Assembly: GCA_045531555.1 (NCBI GenBank)
Contig: JAZSEF010000027.1
Span: 20,946-84,945, forward strand
Reading direction: 5' to 3'
DNA from: Roseburia sp.
GTDB taxonomy: Bacteria; Bacillota; Clostridia; Lachnospirales; Lachnospiraceae
Length of the DNA: 64,000 bases
Positions 25,698 through 35,857 of the stretch are shown piece by piece (position 1 is the stretch's first letter; every line of letters begins with the position of its first letter). The notes below the pieces were generated by a model. It searched no databases, was not told where the DNA came from, and was given only the letters and a program-made list of their open reading frames with translations. Made by a program: the position numbers and the translations under genes.

Positions 25698-25962
25698 CTG
25701 GACTATTTGCTAAGTTTTTCCTTTTGATCGGGCATATTCATTTCAGTTTTCCAGACTAAATTACGTTTTCATAATTTTTGTCGGTCTATAATTTATAATG
25801 TTACCCTACTCATTCTTTTAATTAGAAGAATAGTCGGGTATCATTTTTTGAATGTTCCAGACTTTTCTAAGAATTTACGTTTTTAGTCGGTCGCAACTCT
25901 TTCTGTGAGCCCGACTATTTTTAAATGTTTATCAATTAATCGGACACTATGTCGAAAATTAC
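25698..25962. repeat. Degenerate array of five units with an exact 53-bp period
   Basis: Box A (CTGGACT, CCAGACT, CCCTACT, CCAGACT, CCCGACT) at 25698/25751/25804/25857/25910; box B (RTCGG) always 29 bp later at 25727/25780/25833/25886/25939. Confidence 0.8.
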
Positions 25963-26007
25963 CTCCACAAATCCCAATTTATCGCTCTAAACCAGCCATG
26001 TTACACA

Positions 26008-26044
26008 CAAAAAAGCCCTGCACCGCATCCGCGGTGCAAGGCTC
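26008..26044 (-). terminator. Terminator after the ABC-F gene
   Basis: Minus strand AGCCTTGCACCGC-GGAT-GCGGTGCAGGGCT followed by TTTTT. Confidence 0.85.
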
Positions 26045-26063
26045 TCTCCAGCATCATTATCTA

Positions 26064-27620
26064 TTAAATCACCTTCGTTGTCCACTTTGAGCAATCCCAA
26101 ACCTCACTCACGATATCCTCATAAAACTCCGGTTCGTGACAAATCAATAACACGCTTCCTTTATATTCTTTTAACGCACGTTTCAATTCATCTTTTGCAT
26201 CTACGTCCAAGTGGTTGGTCGGCTCGTCGAGAAGTAAAACATTTGTGTTTTTATTGATAAGCTTACACAGGCGAACTTTTGCCTGCTCACCACCGCTTAA
26301 CACGCGCACGAGACTTTCGATGTGTTTTGTGGTAAGTCCACATTTTGCAAGAGCTGAACGTACTTCGTACTGCGAATAAGAAGGAAACTCTTCCCATATT
26401 TCCTCGATACAGGTATGGTTATTCTCTCCCTTGATTTCCTGCTCAAAATAACCGATTTCTAAGTTCTCACCAAGCTCTACGCTTCCGCTTAATGCCGGAT
26501 TCAATCCTAAAATACTACGCAATAACGTCGTCTTACCGATACCGTTCGCACCTACAAGTGCAATTTTTTGACCACGCTCCATAGAAAGATTTAACGGTTT
26601 TGATAATGGTTCATCATAACCGATTATCAGTTCTTTTGTCTCAAACAAATATCTACCCGGAGTCTTGCCAACTTTGAAGTTAAATTCCGGCTTCGGCTTT
26701 TCAGCCGCAAGCTCAATCACATCCATTTTATCCAGCTTTTTCTGGCGGGACATCGCCATATTTCTGGTAGCCACGCGTGCTTTGTTACGTGCAACGAAAT
26801 CTTTTAATTCACTGATTTCCTGCTGCTGTTTACGATAAGCTGCCTCAAGCTGTGCCTTCTTCACTTCATAAACTTCCTGGAACTTATCGTAGTCACCCAC
26901 ATAACGATCTAAACACTGGTTTTCCATATGATAAATAATATTAATTACTTCGTTTAAGAACGGAATATCATGTGAAATCAAAATAAACGCATTTTCATAT
27001 TCCTGTAAGTAACGCTTCAGCCATGTGATATGCTCCGCATCCAAATAGTTCGTAGGCTCGTCAAGTAATAAAATGTCTGGTTTCTCCAGCAACAATTTTG
27101 CCAATAAAACCTTCATACGCTGACCACCGCTTAAGTCAGTAACATCATGATCTAATCCTAAATCCAATAAGCCCAACGCTCTCGCTACTTCTTCTACCTT
27201 AGAATCAATGATATAAAAATCATGCAGGGTCAATGTATCCTGAATTACGCCAAGTTCTTCCATCATAGCATCCATTTCTTCCGGATTGGCATCGCCTAAT
27301 TTATCACAGATTGCGTTCATCTGCTCTTCCATCTCAAATAACCATGCAAACGCAGATTTTAACACGCTTTCAATAGTCATACCTTTTGTCAGTGTAGAAT
27401 GCTGGTCAAGATAACCGACACGGACATTTTTCGCCCATTCGATTTTCCCTTCATCCGGCATTAACTTACCTGTCACGATATTCATAAAGGTCGACTTACC
27501 TTCACCGTTCGCACCCACAAGACCAATATGCTCGCCCTTTAACAAACGGAAAGATAGATCATTAAAAATAGCTCTGTCGCCAATACCATGTGTCAAATGT
27601 TCCACATTTAATATACTCAT
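26064..27620 (-). CDS. ABC-F family ATPase (ribosome-associated, two NBDs)
   Basis: Two Walker A motifs (GANGEGKST, GANGIGKTT), two LSGG signatures, DEPTN twice, no TM; start MSILNV after GGAGG. Confidence 0.95.
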   Translation of the reverse strand: MSILNVEHLTHGIGDRAIFNDLSFRLLKGEHIGLVGANGEGKSTFMNIVTGKLMPDEGKIEWAKNVRVGYLDQHSTLTKGMTIESVLKSAFAWLFEMEEQMNAICDKLGDANPEEMDAMMEELGVIQDTLTLHDFYIIDSKVEEVARALGLLDLGLDHDVTDLSGGQRMKVLLAKLLLEKPDILLLDEPTNYLDAEHITWLKRYLQEYENAFILISHDIPFLNEVINIIYHMENQCLDRYVGDYDKFQEVYEVKKAQLEAAYRKQQQEISELKDFVARNKARVATRNMAMSRQKKLDKMDVIELAAEKPKPEFNFKVGKTPGRYLFETKELIIGYDEPLSKPLNLSMERGQKIALVGANGIGKTTLLRSILGLNPALSGSVELGENLEIGYFEQEIKGENNHTCIEEIWEEFPSYSQYEVRSALAKCGLTTKHIESLVRVLSGGEQAKVRLCKLINKNTNVLLLDEPTNHLDVDAKDELKRALKEYKGSVLLICHEPEFYEDIVSEVWDCSKWTTKVI

Positions 27621-27918
27621 TCCTAAACCTCCAAATTTCTGTAACCTGTGTATATAGAAATACATCTATATGAATTCATCATCGTTTATTGTCTTATAAT
27701 CATACTCTCCCATTTTATCTGCCAAACCTAATAAAATCAATCTTTATTTTATAAAACTCTACTACCTTTCTTCTTGATGCTATGAGCATATAACAATTTT
27801 ACACATATTTCACTAAAAATTGGAAAGATTTTCTAGAACTTATTTCCCAAACAAGACATTTCATGCTATAATAATTATAAGCGTGCTTGGGTGAGCAATA
27901 TTTCACACAACATGCTCA

Positions 27919-27953
27919 TGAAAACGATTGCAAACGTTATTTGTAATCGGTAA
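27919..27953 (+). promoter_or_regulatory. LacI/CcpA-type operator cluster upstream of the MFS transporter
   Basis: TGAAAACGATTGCA overlapping TGCAAACGTTATT. Confidence 0.55.
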
Positions 27954-28026
27954 ATATATTATTATGTTTTTACAAAATTGGACAAATGCTTATGCTGCGT
28001 CCAAGAAAAGAGAGGTATGCTTACAT

Positions 28027-29298
28027 ATGAAACTGAATTACAAACGCACCACGCTAATCGGCTTGGCATTCCTGTCCATTTCTGCATTCTGGCAGATGTA
28101 TGACAATGTCATTCCACTGATTTTGAAAAACACTTTCCAGTTAGGTGAGACCTACACTGGTGTTATCATGGCTGCAGATAATATCCTCGCCTTGGTATTG
28201 CTTCCGGTTTTTGGTTCTTTATCAGATAAGATTTCTACACCTATCGGAAAACGTATGCCGTTTATTTTAACCGGTACCGGATTAGCATTCTTTTTCCTGA
28301 TTTTATTGAATTACTCAAATCAGTCAAAAAACCTGCTCCTTTTCGTTGGAACGCTGTTCTTCTTACTGATTTCCATGGGTCTTTATCGTTCACCGGCAGT
28401 TGCTTTGATGCCTGATTTAACACCAAAACCATTACGAAGCAAAGGTAATGCCATTATCAACTTAATGGGAGCTGTAGGTGGTGTCTATACGTTAATTATG
28501 ATTAAAGTGATGGTTGGAAGCGGTGCTACACCAGACTACCTTCCATTATTCTTATCAGTAGGCATTTTAATGTTAGTCAGTGTTGCAGTTTTATTCCTGA
28601 CAATCAAAGAAAATAAACTCCGTGCCGGAATGCCTGCTGAAAATGATGAAGAGGAAGAAGAACTTCCGCAGAGTACCGCAGAACTTCCAAAGGATGTAAA
28701 ACGAAGCTTAGTCTTTATCCTGCTTTCTGTATCCCTTTGGTTTATTTCCTACAACGCCGTTACTACTGCTTTCTCCCGTTATGCAACCCACGTATGGGGA
28801 TTGGAAAACGGCGGGTATGCTAACTGCTTAATGGTAGGTACTGTGGCAGCTATCATCAGTTATATTCCAATCGGTTCTATTTCTAGTAAAATCGGTCGTA
28901 AGAAGACAATCCTGATGGGTATTTCCCTTTTGGCATTCTGCTTCTTCTGCGCAAGTTTTATGAATACATATCATTGGATTATGAACGTTTTCTTTGCAAT
29001 TATCGGTTTTGCATGGGCAGCTATCGGTGTAAACTCTTTCCCTATGGTAGTTGAAATGTCCGCAGCCGGCGATGTTGGTAAATACACAGGTTTATACTAT
29101 ACCTTCTCCATGGCCGCACAGGTTGTAACACCAATTTTATCAGGATTTTTATTAGAGCATGTATCTTACCGTACATTGTTCCCATACGCTGTAGTATTTG
29201 CTGTACTTGCATTCATTACAATGTCTCAGGTAAAACATGGTGATTCAAAACCGCTTCCGAAAAAAAGTGCTTTAGAAAGCTTTGACGTAGACGATTGA
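28027..29298 (+). CDS. MFS sugar transporter (maltose/sucrose porter-like)
   Basis: About 12 TM; SDKISTPIGKRMPFI, SPAVALMPDLTP; start MKLNYK after GAGAGG. Confidence 0.88.
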   Translation: MKLNYKRTTLIGLAFLSISAFWQMYDNVIPLILKNTFQLGETYTGVIMAADNILALVLLPVFGSLSDKISTPIGKRMPFILTGTGLAFFFLILLNYSNQSKNLLLFVGTLFFLLISMGLYRSPAVALMPDLTPKPLRSKGNAIINLMGAVGGVYTLIMIKVMVGSGATPDYLPLFLSVGILMLVSVAVLFLTIKENKLRAGMPAENDEEEEELPQSTAELPKDVKRSLVFILLSVSLWFISYNAVTTAFSRYATHVWGLENGGYANCLMVGTVAAIISYIPIGSISSKIGRKKTILMGISLLAFCFFCASFMNTYHWIMNVFFAIIGFAWAAIGVNSFPMVVEMSAAGDVGKYTGLYYTFSMAAQVVTPILSGFLLEHVSYRTLFPYAVVFAVLAFITMSQVKHGDSKPLPKKSALESFDVDD

Positions 29299-29330
29299 TA
29301 CCAGCATAACGAATTAGGAGAACTTTTACT

Positions 29331-30155
29331 ATGAAAAATCGTGTTCTTATTCCGCTACTCCTTACCGGCTCATTATACCTGTTTTCCGTTGCTCCTCGAA
29401 TGATTGGAAAACCGGATCGATCCAGATTATTAGGCAGACATTATGCGCACCGCGGACTTTTTAATAACAAGGGACCGGCTCCAGAAAATTCTCTGGCAGC
29501 ATTTCGTCTGGCAGTTGAAAATGGTTATGGTATTGAATTAGACGTACAATTAAGTAAAGATAATATACCGGTTGTATTCCATGATGCCACATTAAAACGT
29601 ATGTGTGGTGTGGATGGCAATGTATGGGACTATACCTTAGAAGAATTACAGCAGATGAAACTGGCTTCTTCTGACGAGACAATTCCTACCTTTGCCGAAG
29701 TGTTAGAAACCGTAGCCGGAAAGACTCCGCTTATCGTAGAATACAAATTAGACCGCGTGCAGACAACCGTATGCGAATTAGCAAATGAACTCCTTACTGC
29801 ATATGAAGAGAAATACGATGGAGCTTATTGTATCGAGAGTTTCCATCCACTCGCGGTTATGTGGTATAAAAAGAATCGCCCGGATATCATCCGTGGACAA
29901 CTTTCCATGGAATTCTGGCGGGACAAAGAGAAAAAATACGCAAACTATATGGTAATCCTTTCTTTCTTATTAAGCAACTTTACCACCAGACCGGATTTCA
30001 TTGCGTATAAACATACCGATTATAAAAATATTTCACGACGGATTTGTAAACTGTTAGGAGCACTCTCCGTTACATGGACCATCAAATCCGTAGAACAATA
30101 TGAGAAAGTCAAAGATCAGTTTGACTTATTCATCTTTGACAGTTGCAGACTCTAA
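29331..30155 (+). CDS. Glycerophosphodiester phosphodiesterase family protein
   Basis: AHRGL, PENSLAAF, IELDVQLSKD, FHD motifs. Confidence 0.93.
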   Translation: MKNRVLIPLLLTGSLYLFSVAPRMIGKPDRSRLLGRHYAHRGLFNNKGPAPENSLAAFRLAVENGYGIELDVQLSKDNIPVVFHDATLKRMCGVDGNVWDYTLEELQQMKLASSDETIPTFAEVLETVAGKTPLIVEYKLDRVQTTVCELANELLTAYEEKYDGAYCIESFHPLAVMWYKKNRPDIIRGQLSMEFWRDKEKKYANYMVILSFLLSNFTTRPDFIAYKHTDYKNISRRICKLLGALSVTWTIKSVEQYEKVKDQFDLFIFDSCRL

Positions 30156-30169
30156 GCATATTAAAAGAC

Positions 30170-30237
30170 TGACGCAAACGAACAGATGTGGTACGATTAA
30201 CAAAAGTTTATCGTACCACATCGTTTCATTTGCGCCA
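30170..30237. terminator. Long hairpin between convergent genes
   Basis: GATGTGGTACGAT...ATCGTACCACATC core with imperfect outer arms. Confidence 0.65.
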
Positions 30238-30242
30238 ATCTT

Positions 30243-31226
30243 TTATTTACAATACATATTATAGACTTCAAAAAAACTATCTGTTTCTATTGCTGCTACA
30301 TCATCCAGCGTCATAGAGTTCCAGACGTCTTCATTCAGATAAGAATGTAAACCTTTCATAAATTCATTGTATACGCTATACAGCGCATCTTTTTCGCGCT
30401 TCTCTACAATGATTATCTTATTCTCTTCTGTCAATGTCTGATTAAATTTATTAATACATTTTACAAAATAATATCCGTTCTCTACTTTGATAATATCCGT
30501 AATCTCATTATTATCAAGTGAAAATACTATCTGTTCTGCCTCATCTGCTAAATCTTCTCTACAAATAGAAGCTTGTATCCCCGGCAGTTCATTATACATA
30601 TTTGCAACACTGGCAAAATCCTCACCATTCGCCAGTTTTTCCTGTACTTCTCTGGCTTTTGCGCCATCTGACACATAGATTTGCATTACGTCCATTACTC
30701 TGGCTTCATCGTCACTTACTTCACCATTAATCTGACTTGTAAGAGTCTGGTATACTTTCTGAGCCAATGCATAATGTCTGTAATACTCTGCCAAATCATT
30801 CTCAGATACATCCAGGTAATCCCGTTCTGCTTCACTCAATGATTCATAATAAACCGCTGCAGCTTCTTTGATATTCTCTTCTTCTGCTTCCGTCAATACC
30901 ATTCCTTTTTCTTCCGCCAACTGCATCATGCTCGATATAGAGACCAGATTATTCAAAGTAATACTCTTAATATATTCTTCCAAAGACGCATCCTTAAATT
31001 CATGCTGCCACAAATCCAGTGTATATGCATTTCCATATATATTCCGGTAATTCGCCAAATATAAGCGGGCTTCTTTCACACTACAGGATACTTCACCAAT
31101 AGAAAAGACATGTTTTTTACCAACCGGAGATAATATAACAATATTTTTATCTCCTATCTGACAGCCTGTAAACAGCATACAGCATGCCAGAATAAGCACC
31201 AGCCATCCTTTTATCCGTTTCATCAT
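30243..31226 (-). CDS. PrsA/SurA-like peptidyl-prolyl isomerase lipoprotein
   Basis: Lipobox LFTGC; parvulin-like GEDFASVA...ITDIIKVENGYYFVK. Confidence 0.75.
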   Translation of the reverse strand: MMKRIKGWLVLILACCMLFTGCQIGDKNIVILSPVGKKHVFSIGEVSCSVKEARLYLANYRNIYGNAYTLDLWQHEFKDASLEEYIKSITLNNLVSISSMMQLAEEKGMVLTEAEEENIKEAAAVYYESLSEAERDYLDVSENDLAEYYRHYALAQKVYQTLTSQINGEVSDDEARVMDVMQIYVSDGAKAREVQEKLANGEDFASVANMYNELPGIQASICREDLADEAEQIVFSLDNNEITDIIKVENGYYFVKCINKFNQTLTEENKIIIVEKREKDALYSVYNEFMKGLHSYLNEDVWNSMTLDDVAAIETDSFFEVYNMYCK

Positions 31227-31256
31227 CGTACCTATTATCCATCCTAATACTACGTC

Positions 31257-31517
31257 TTACGCTTCTACAATTAAAAATCTTCCACTTGGTAAGGCAAATA
31301 CCTCACTTGCTTCTAACAGTTCTTCGTTTGACATACCTGCAATATCTGCCTCGTCCTCAAAATATGCCCGCACTTCTTTTATATTTTTTACAACAATTGC
31401 CATACAATCTTCTAAAAACTCTTCTGCTTCTTCCGGTGTCTCTGCGATTCGCTCCGGCAATAACTGTTCCTGATGCTCTAAAAAGTACTCTAAACATTCA
31501 TCATCATATTCTCTCAT
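31257..31517 (-). CDS. Small acidic hypothetical protein
   Basis: 86-aa ORF with AAGGAG SD, co-directional with the maf/addAB cluster. Confidence 0.75.
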   Translation of the reverse strand: MREYDDECLEYFLEHQEQLLPERIAETPEEAEEFLEDCMAIVVKNIKEVRAYFEDEADIAGMSNEELLEASEVFALPSGRFLIVEA

Positions 31518-31553
31518 AATTGGGCTCCTTTTACTAAATTTTATAACTATAGC

Positions 31554-32195
31554 TTACCACAAATAAATATCAATTCCAAGCTTTTGTAATTCATAATAGA
31601 TTCTAGATATCGGAAGTCCTACCACATTATTATAGTCTCCATCAATTTTTTCGATGTGAATTGCAGATTTTCCCTGCACGGCGTATGCCCCCGCCTTATC
31701 CATACTCTCTCCTGTGGCAATATAACGCTGAATTTCCAGTTCGCTCATATGGCGCATATGCACATCTGTTTTTTCATAAAAAGTATGTGCGCCTGCTTTT
31801 CCACTCTTATCGATAAAAACTAATGTAACACCGGTATACACAGAATGTACTTTCCCCGATAACATAGCCAACATACGATATGCATCGGCCTCATCCTTCG
31901 GCTTGCCTAAAATCTCCGGATTACCACTTTCATTTTCAGCCGCCACTACCGTATCTGCACCAATCACTAACATATCCTGCGGTGTCATAATATCATCATG
32001 TAATGTACCGTACTGGCTCACCATTCCGGCTACTTCTAACGCCTTCTGGCGTGATAACTCCATAACTACTTCTTCCGGTTTGGTTTTGGTAATCACTTCT
32101 TCGCCTTTTGCCGGAACGATTTCAAATTCTAAACCAATTTGTTCTAATAATTCTTTTCTGCGCGGTGACGCAGATGCTAAAATAATCTGTTTCAT
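31554..32195 (-). CDS. maf: Maf nucleoside triphosphate pyrophosphatase
   Basis: IILASASPRRKELL, IGADTVV, LGKP, DKAGAYAVQG, NVVGLP. Confidence 0.95.
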   Translation of the reverse strand: MKQIILASASPRRKELLEQIGLEFEIVPAKGEEVITKTKPEEVVMELSRQKALEVAGMVSQYGTLHDDIMTPQDMLVIGADTVVAAENESGNPEILGKPKDEADAYRMLAMLSGKVHSVYTGVTLVFIDKSGKAGAHTFYEKTDVHMRHMSELEIQRYIATGESMDKAGAYAVQGKSAIHIEKIDGDYNNVVGLPISRIYYELQKLGIDIYLW

Positions 32196-35100
32196 ACACC
32201 AATCACCTCATCAAATTTAAACGCATAAATAAGTCTTTCCTTTACTTTTAATCCGGTATCCTCAAACACTCTGTTTAATGCATCTCCATAAAGCTTTAAC
32301 TGGGTCTCATAACGCATCACAAGTTCATTTGGATACTTCACCGCATCCGTCTTGTAATCTAACACAACAATGCCATCTTCTTCTATCCAGAACACGTCTA
32401 TAATTCCCTGTATCAACGTCAAATCTTCGTTTTGCATTACAATCTGGCTGTCTGCATCCATTCCAAAACCGGCATGCTCTAGTTCTTCTTCCGAATACCC
32501 CATTACAAACGGCTTCTCCCGGTATAACTGCCCTAAAAGTGCTGCCTTTTTCATACGTACTCCGACTTCTGAAGCCAAAAAAGCTTTCACCTTAGACACC
32601 CGCACCAATTCCAATAGTTCTGCAGTAATCCTTCCATCTGCTAACATTTGCTGCATCTGTTCCTCCGGGGTAGCCTCACTTGCAAAATCATAGCACTCCA
32701 TTACCCTGTGTACTGCTGTACCACGTAACGCGCCACGGTTTACATTTTCTTCTACAGTCTCCTCTGTTTCATCGTCTCTTATAAACTTCGGTCTGTATGG
32801 AACAATCTCTTCTTCTGCAAAAACTGCCACGCTATCTTCGTCTTCTTCCTCCATTGCTTTTCGCATGGCACGATGTTTTAACTCTGATACAGAATATTTA
32901 TTTTTACGCACCTCTGTTCCCACATATGGATAATCTAATGCAAAACGTTTTTCCAGTCCAGACACAAGTTCCTCACTGGCATCTTCTATCGCATCTTTTC
33001 GTGCAGACTTTTCCAATGTAGACGATACCTGCTTTTCTACTTCTTTTTCAACCAGATTTTCGCTCCCTTCACAGGTAATCTGATATTTGTCATCATAAGA
33101 TAACAATGCCGGAACTACCCAGTCCAAATAAGTTGCAGCTCCCTCTCTCTTTAAGTATGGCAATAATGTTCCCTTAGACAATCCAAGTGTCTGTGCATCC
33201 AAAACATAACTATCAAATTTCTCCAAAAGATCTTTTTTACTGCCTGTCAAAATGAGTTTTTCTTTTGCTCGGGTTAATGCTACATAAAGTACTCTAAGTT
33301 CTTCTCCCAGATTTTCTAAATCAATCTGTTTTGCAATCGCTCTTTTTATAATCGTCGGCGACTTCACACGACGTTTTCCATCCATGGAATCCAGACCAAT
33401 CCCATATTCCGGGTGGAGTACCATTTTACTGCGGGTATCCTGCCTATTAAAATTCTTACCCATGCCGGATACAAATACAATTGGAAACTCTAAACCTTTA
33501 CTCTTATGTATACTCATGATGCGGACAACATTTTCATTCTCTCCGATTAAATCTGCCTCTCCAAAATCCACATCATATTTCTGTAATTCATCAATATATC
33601 TGACAAAATGAAACAGTCCCTTATAACTGGTCTTCTCGTATGCAATCGCCTTTTCCAGCAACATGTCGATATTCGCCCTGCGTTTTACGCCCGACTGCAT
33701 CGCCGCCACATATCTGCCATATCCCGTTTCCTTTAAAACAAGCTCTATCAATTCATGAATCAGTGTATCTGCCACCTTTTCCCTAAGCCTTGTATAAATC
33801 TGAAAAAACTGCCACAACTTTTCTTCTGCCCCATTTTGCGGCTCTGCCATACTCAAATACCCGCACAATGCCAGGACACTCTCATGGAATGGCACCTCTT
33901 TTTGATATAGACGCAACTCGGCCAATTCTTCATCGGTCAGCCCGGCCATCGGAGAACGCAATACACCTGCAAGCGGAATATCCTGTCTCGGATTATCCAG
34001 AATACGAAGCATGGATAACACATTCTGCACTTCTACCGCCGCAAAATATCCGGTCTGTGACACTGCATGTGCAGGTATCCCTTCATCGTTTAATACCTGT
34101 GCAAAACTGTCTGCCCAGCCACTTAAACTTCGAAGCAGTATCACAATATCTGAGTAACGTGCTTCTCTGAGCTTTCCAGACTTTTTATCAGTCACCTGAT
34201 ATTCTTTTAATAACTCCTTAATACGTATAGCTACTAATTTTGCTTCTAATATTTTTTTATCGGAATACTCCGTGTCTTCTAACAATTCATCATTGCTATC
34301 CAAAAGCAACACTTCTGCCTTGGCATTCTCTGTCTGTGGGTAAGATGCTCCCGGATACAATGCCGCCAAATCGTCATATTCGACGTTTCCAAGGTCTTTT
34401 CCCATAATACGGTAAAAGATGTCATTTACTGCATCTAATACCTCATTTCGGCTTCTAAAGTTCTGGTGCAGGTCAATTCTTTGTGCCTTACTGTCCTCTA
34501 TCGAATAGGAACCATATTTTTCCATAAAAAGTTCCGGACGTGCCAAGCGGAAACGATAAATACTCTGTTTTACGTCACCTACCATAAAAATATTATTTTC
34601 ATTCCTGTCTCTACGGGACACTGAGGTTAAAATCGCTTCCTGTACATAGTTACTGTCCTGATACTCGTCAATCATAATCTCTTCGAAAATATCCCGAAAC
34701 TCTTCTGCTGTCTTCTTCGCCTCACCGGTCTCTTCGTCTACTAAAATTTCCAAAGCCATATGTTCAATATCATAAAAATCTACGATATTCTTTTTCTTTT
34801 TTACTGCAGCATAGGCATCTGCAAATTCTTCCGTCAGGGAAATCAAAGTATCTGCCATAGGAGCCGTCCATTTTATCTGCTCTACCATCTGCTCTGGCGG
34901 CATAAAACAATATTGGCTCACCAACTTTTTCACTACTGCCTTCGCATCTTCTCTGATTGCCTTTACGCGTTCTAACTTTTCCAGACTTCCGGTATACCCT
35001 CTGCTGCTTGCCAGCCGGGCATAACTAATCCCTTTAAGTGCTGTATAAAATTCCGTAAAAGACTGCAAATCCGCCAGTTCTTCATAAATTTCCAAATCTT

Positions 35101-35857
35101 TTTCCAATGCCGCGCTGTACATATTCGGACCATCGGCTTCACTCGAAATCTCCAATGCCTCCTCTATCATAACACAGATATCCTGCAACAACTGACGCAT
35201 ATTTTTCACGACAGCCTTCATCCAAACTGCCTCGTTCAGTTCTTCCACAGACGTAACCACATAACCGTTTCTGCAATCGCACAGCCACTTTTTCGGCCAT
35301 GGATAACTTCTGGAAAAATCATACAGGCTCAAAATCATATCCACCGCACTGTCATCACTTCTACCGGATGCATAACCTTCCATAAAATCAGAAAACTGCT
35401 CCTCCTGCGCCTCATAATGTGCCTCAAGTACTTCCTTTATGACATCTTCGCGCAATAATTTTAACTCTCCCTCATCTCCAATTCGGAAATTCGGTTCCAT
35501 ATCAATCTCATAGAAATGATTACGCACCACGTACAGACAAAAACTGTCAATTGTAGTAATCTGTGCATTGTGAATAAGCGTCTGCTGTCGCTGCAGGTGC
35601 TCATCTTCCGGATTTTCTTCCAGTGCCTTTTCAATTGCCGCACCGATACGTTCCCGCATCTCAGCCGCTGCTGCGTTCGTAAATGTTACAATTAAAAGAC
35701 GGTCAATGTCTACCGGATTTTTTTTGTCCGTTATGATTTTTATTATTCGTTCTACTAAAACTGCTGTTTTACCGGAACCTGCTGCTGCAGAAACTAAAAT
35801 ATTACGCTTTCGTAAATCAATTACTTTCTGCTGATCCGATGTCCAATTCATTCCCAT
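32192..35857 (-). CDS. addA: ATP-dependent helicase/nuclease subunit A
   Basis: AAAGSGKT, TFTNAAA, DEYQD, GDVKQSIYRFR, HKSKGLEF, YVALTRA, C-terminal nuclease GIID...DYKTD. Confidence 0.96.
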   Translation of the reverse strand: MGMNWTSDQQKVIDLRKRNILVSAAAGSGKTAVLVERIIKIITDKKNPVDIDRLLIVTFTNAAAAEMRERIGAAIEKALEENPEDEHLQRQQTLIHNAQITTIDSFCLYVVRNHFYEIDMEPNFRIGDEGELKLLREDVIKEVLEAHYEAQEEQFSDFMEGYASGRSDDSAVDMILSLYDFSRSYPWPKKWLCDCRNGYVVTSVEELNEAVWMKAVVKNMRQLLQDICVMIEEALEISSEADGPNMYSAALEKDLEIYEELADLQSFTEFYTALKGISYARLASSRGYTGSLEKLERVKAIREDAKAVVKKLVSQYCFMPPEQMVEQIKWTAPMADTLISLTEEFADAYAAVKKKKNIVDFYDIEHMALEILVDEETGEAKKTAEEFRDIFEEIMIDEYQDSNYVQEAILTSVSRRDRNENNIFMVGDVKQSIYRFRLARPELFMEKYGSYSIEDSKAQRIDLHQNFRSRNEVLDAVNDIFYRIMGKDLGNVEYDDLAALYPGASYPQTENAKAEVLLLDSNDELLEDTEYSDKKILEAKLVAIRIKELLKEYQVTDKKSGKLREARYSDIVILLRSLSGWADSFAQVLNDEGIPAHAVSQTGYFAAVEVQNVLSMLRILDNPRQDIPLAGVLRSPMAGLTDEELAELRLYQKEVPFHESVLALCGYLSMAEPQNGAEEKLWQFFQIYTRLREKVADTLIHELIELVLKETGYGRYVAAMQSGVKRRANIDMLLEKAIAYEKTSYKGLFHFVRYIDELQKYDVDFGEADLIGENENVVRIMSIHKSKGLEFPIVFVSGMGKNFNRQDTRSKMVLHPEYGIGLDSMDGKRRVKSPTIIKRAIAKQIDLENLGEELRVLYVALTRAKEKLILTGSKKDLLEKFDSYVLDAQTLGLSKGTLLPYLKREGAATYLDWVVPALLSYDDKYQITCEGSENLVEKEVEKQVSSTLEKSARKDAIEDASEELVSGLEKRFALDYPYVGTEVRKNKYSVSELKHRAMRKAMEEEDEDSVAVFAEEEIVPYRPKFIRDDETEETVEENVNRGALRGTAVHRVMECYDFASEATPEEQMQQMLADGRITAELLELVRVSKVKAFLASEVGVRMKKAALLGQLYREKPFVMGYSEEELEHAGFGMDADSQIVMQNEDLTLIQGIIDVFWIEEDGIVVLDYKTDAVKYPNELVMRYETQLKLYGDALNRVFEDTGLKVKERLIYAFKFDEVIGV

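Noticed and set aside
25698-25962. CRISPR array
   Set aside because: Conserved parts are only 5-7 bp and degenerate; there is no 23-47-bp repeat and no cas gene in the window.
25500-26090. + strand ORFs 25500-25727 and 25905-26090
   Set aside because: No SD, AT-rich low-information translations, and overlap with the array and terminator; the 53-bp period is not a multiple of 3, so the array is not a coding repeat.
26064-27620. Antibiotic-resistance (ARE) ABC-F
   Set aside because: Looks like a compact housekeeping ABC-F; no leader-peptide attenuator recognised, and subfamily cannot be assigned without an HMM search.
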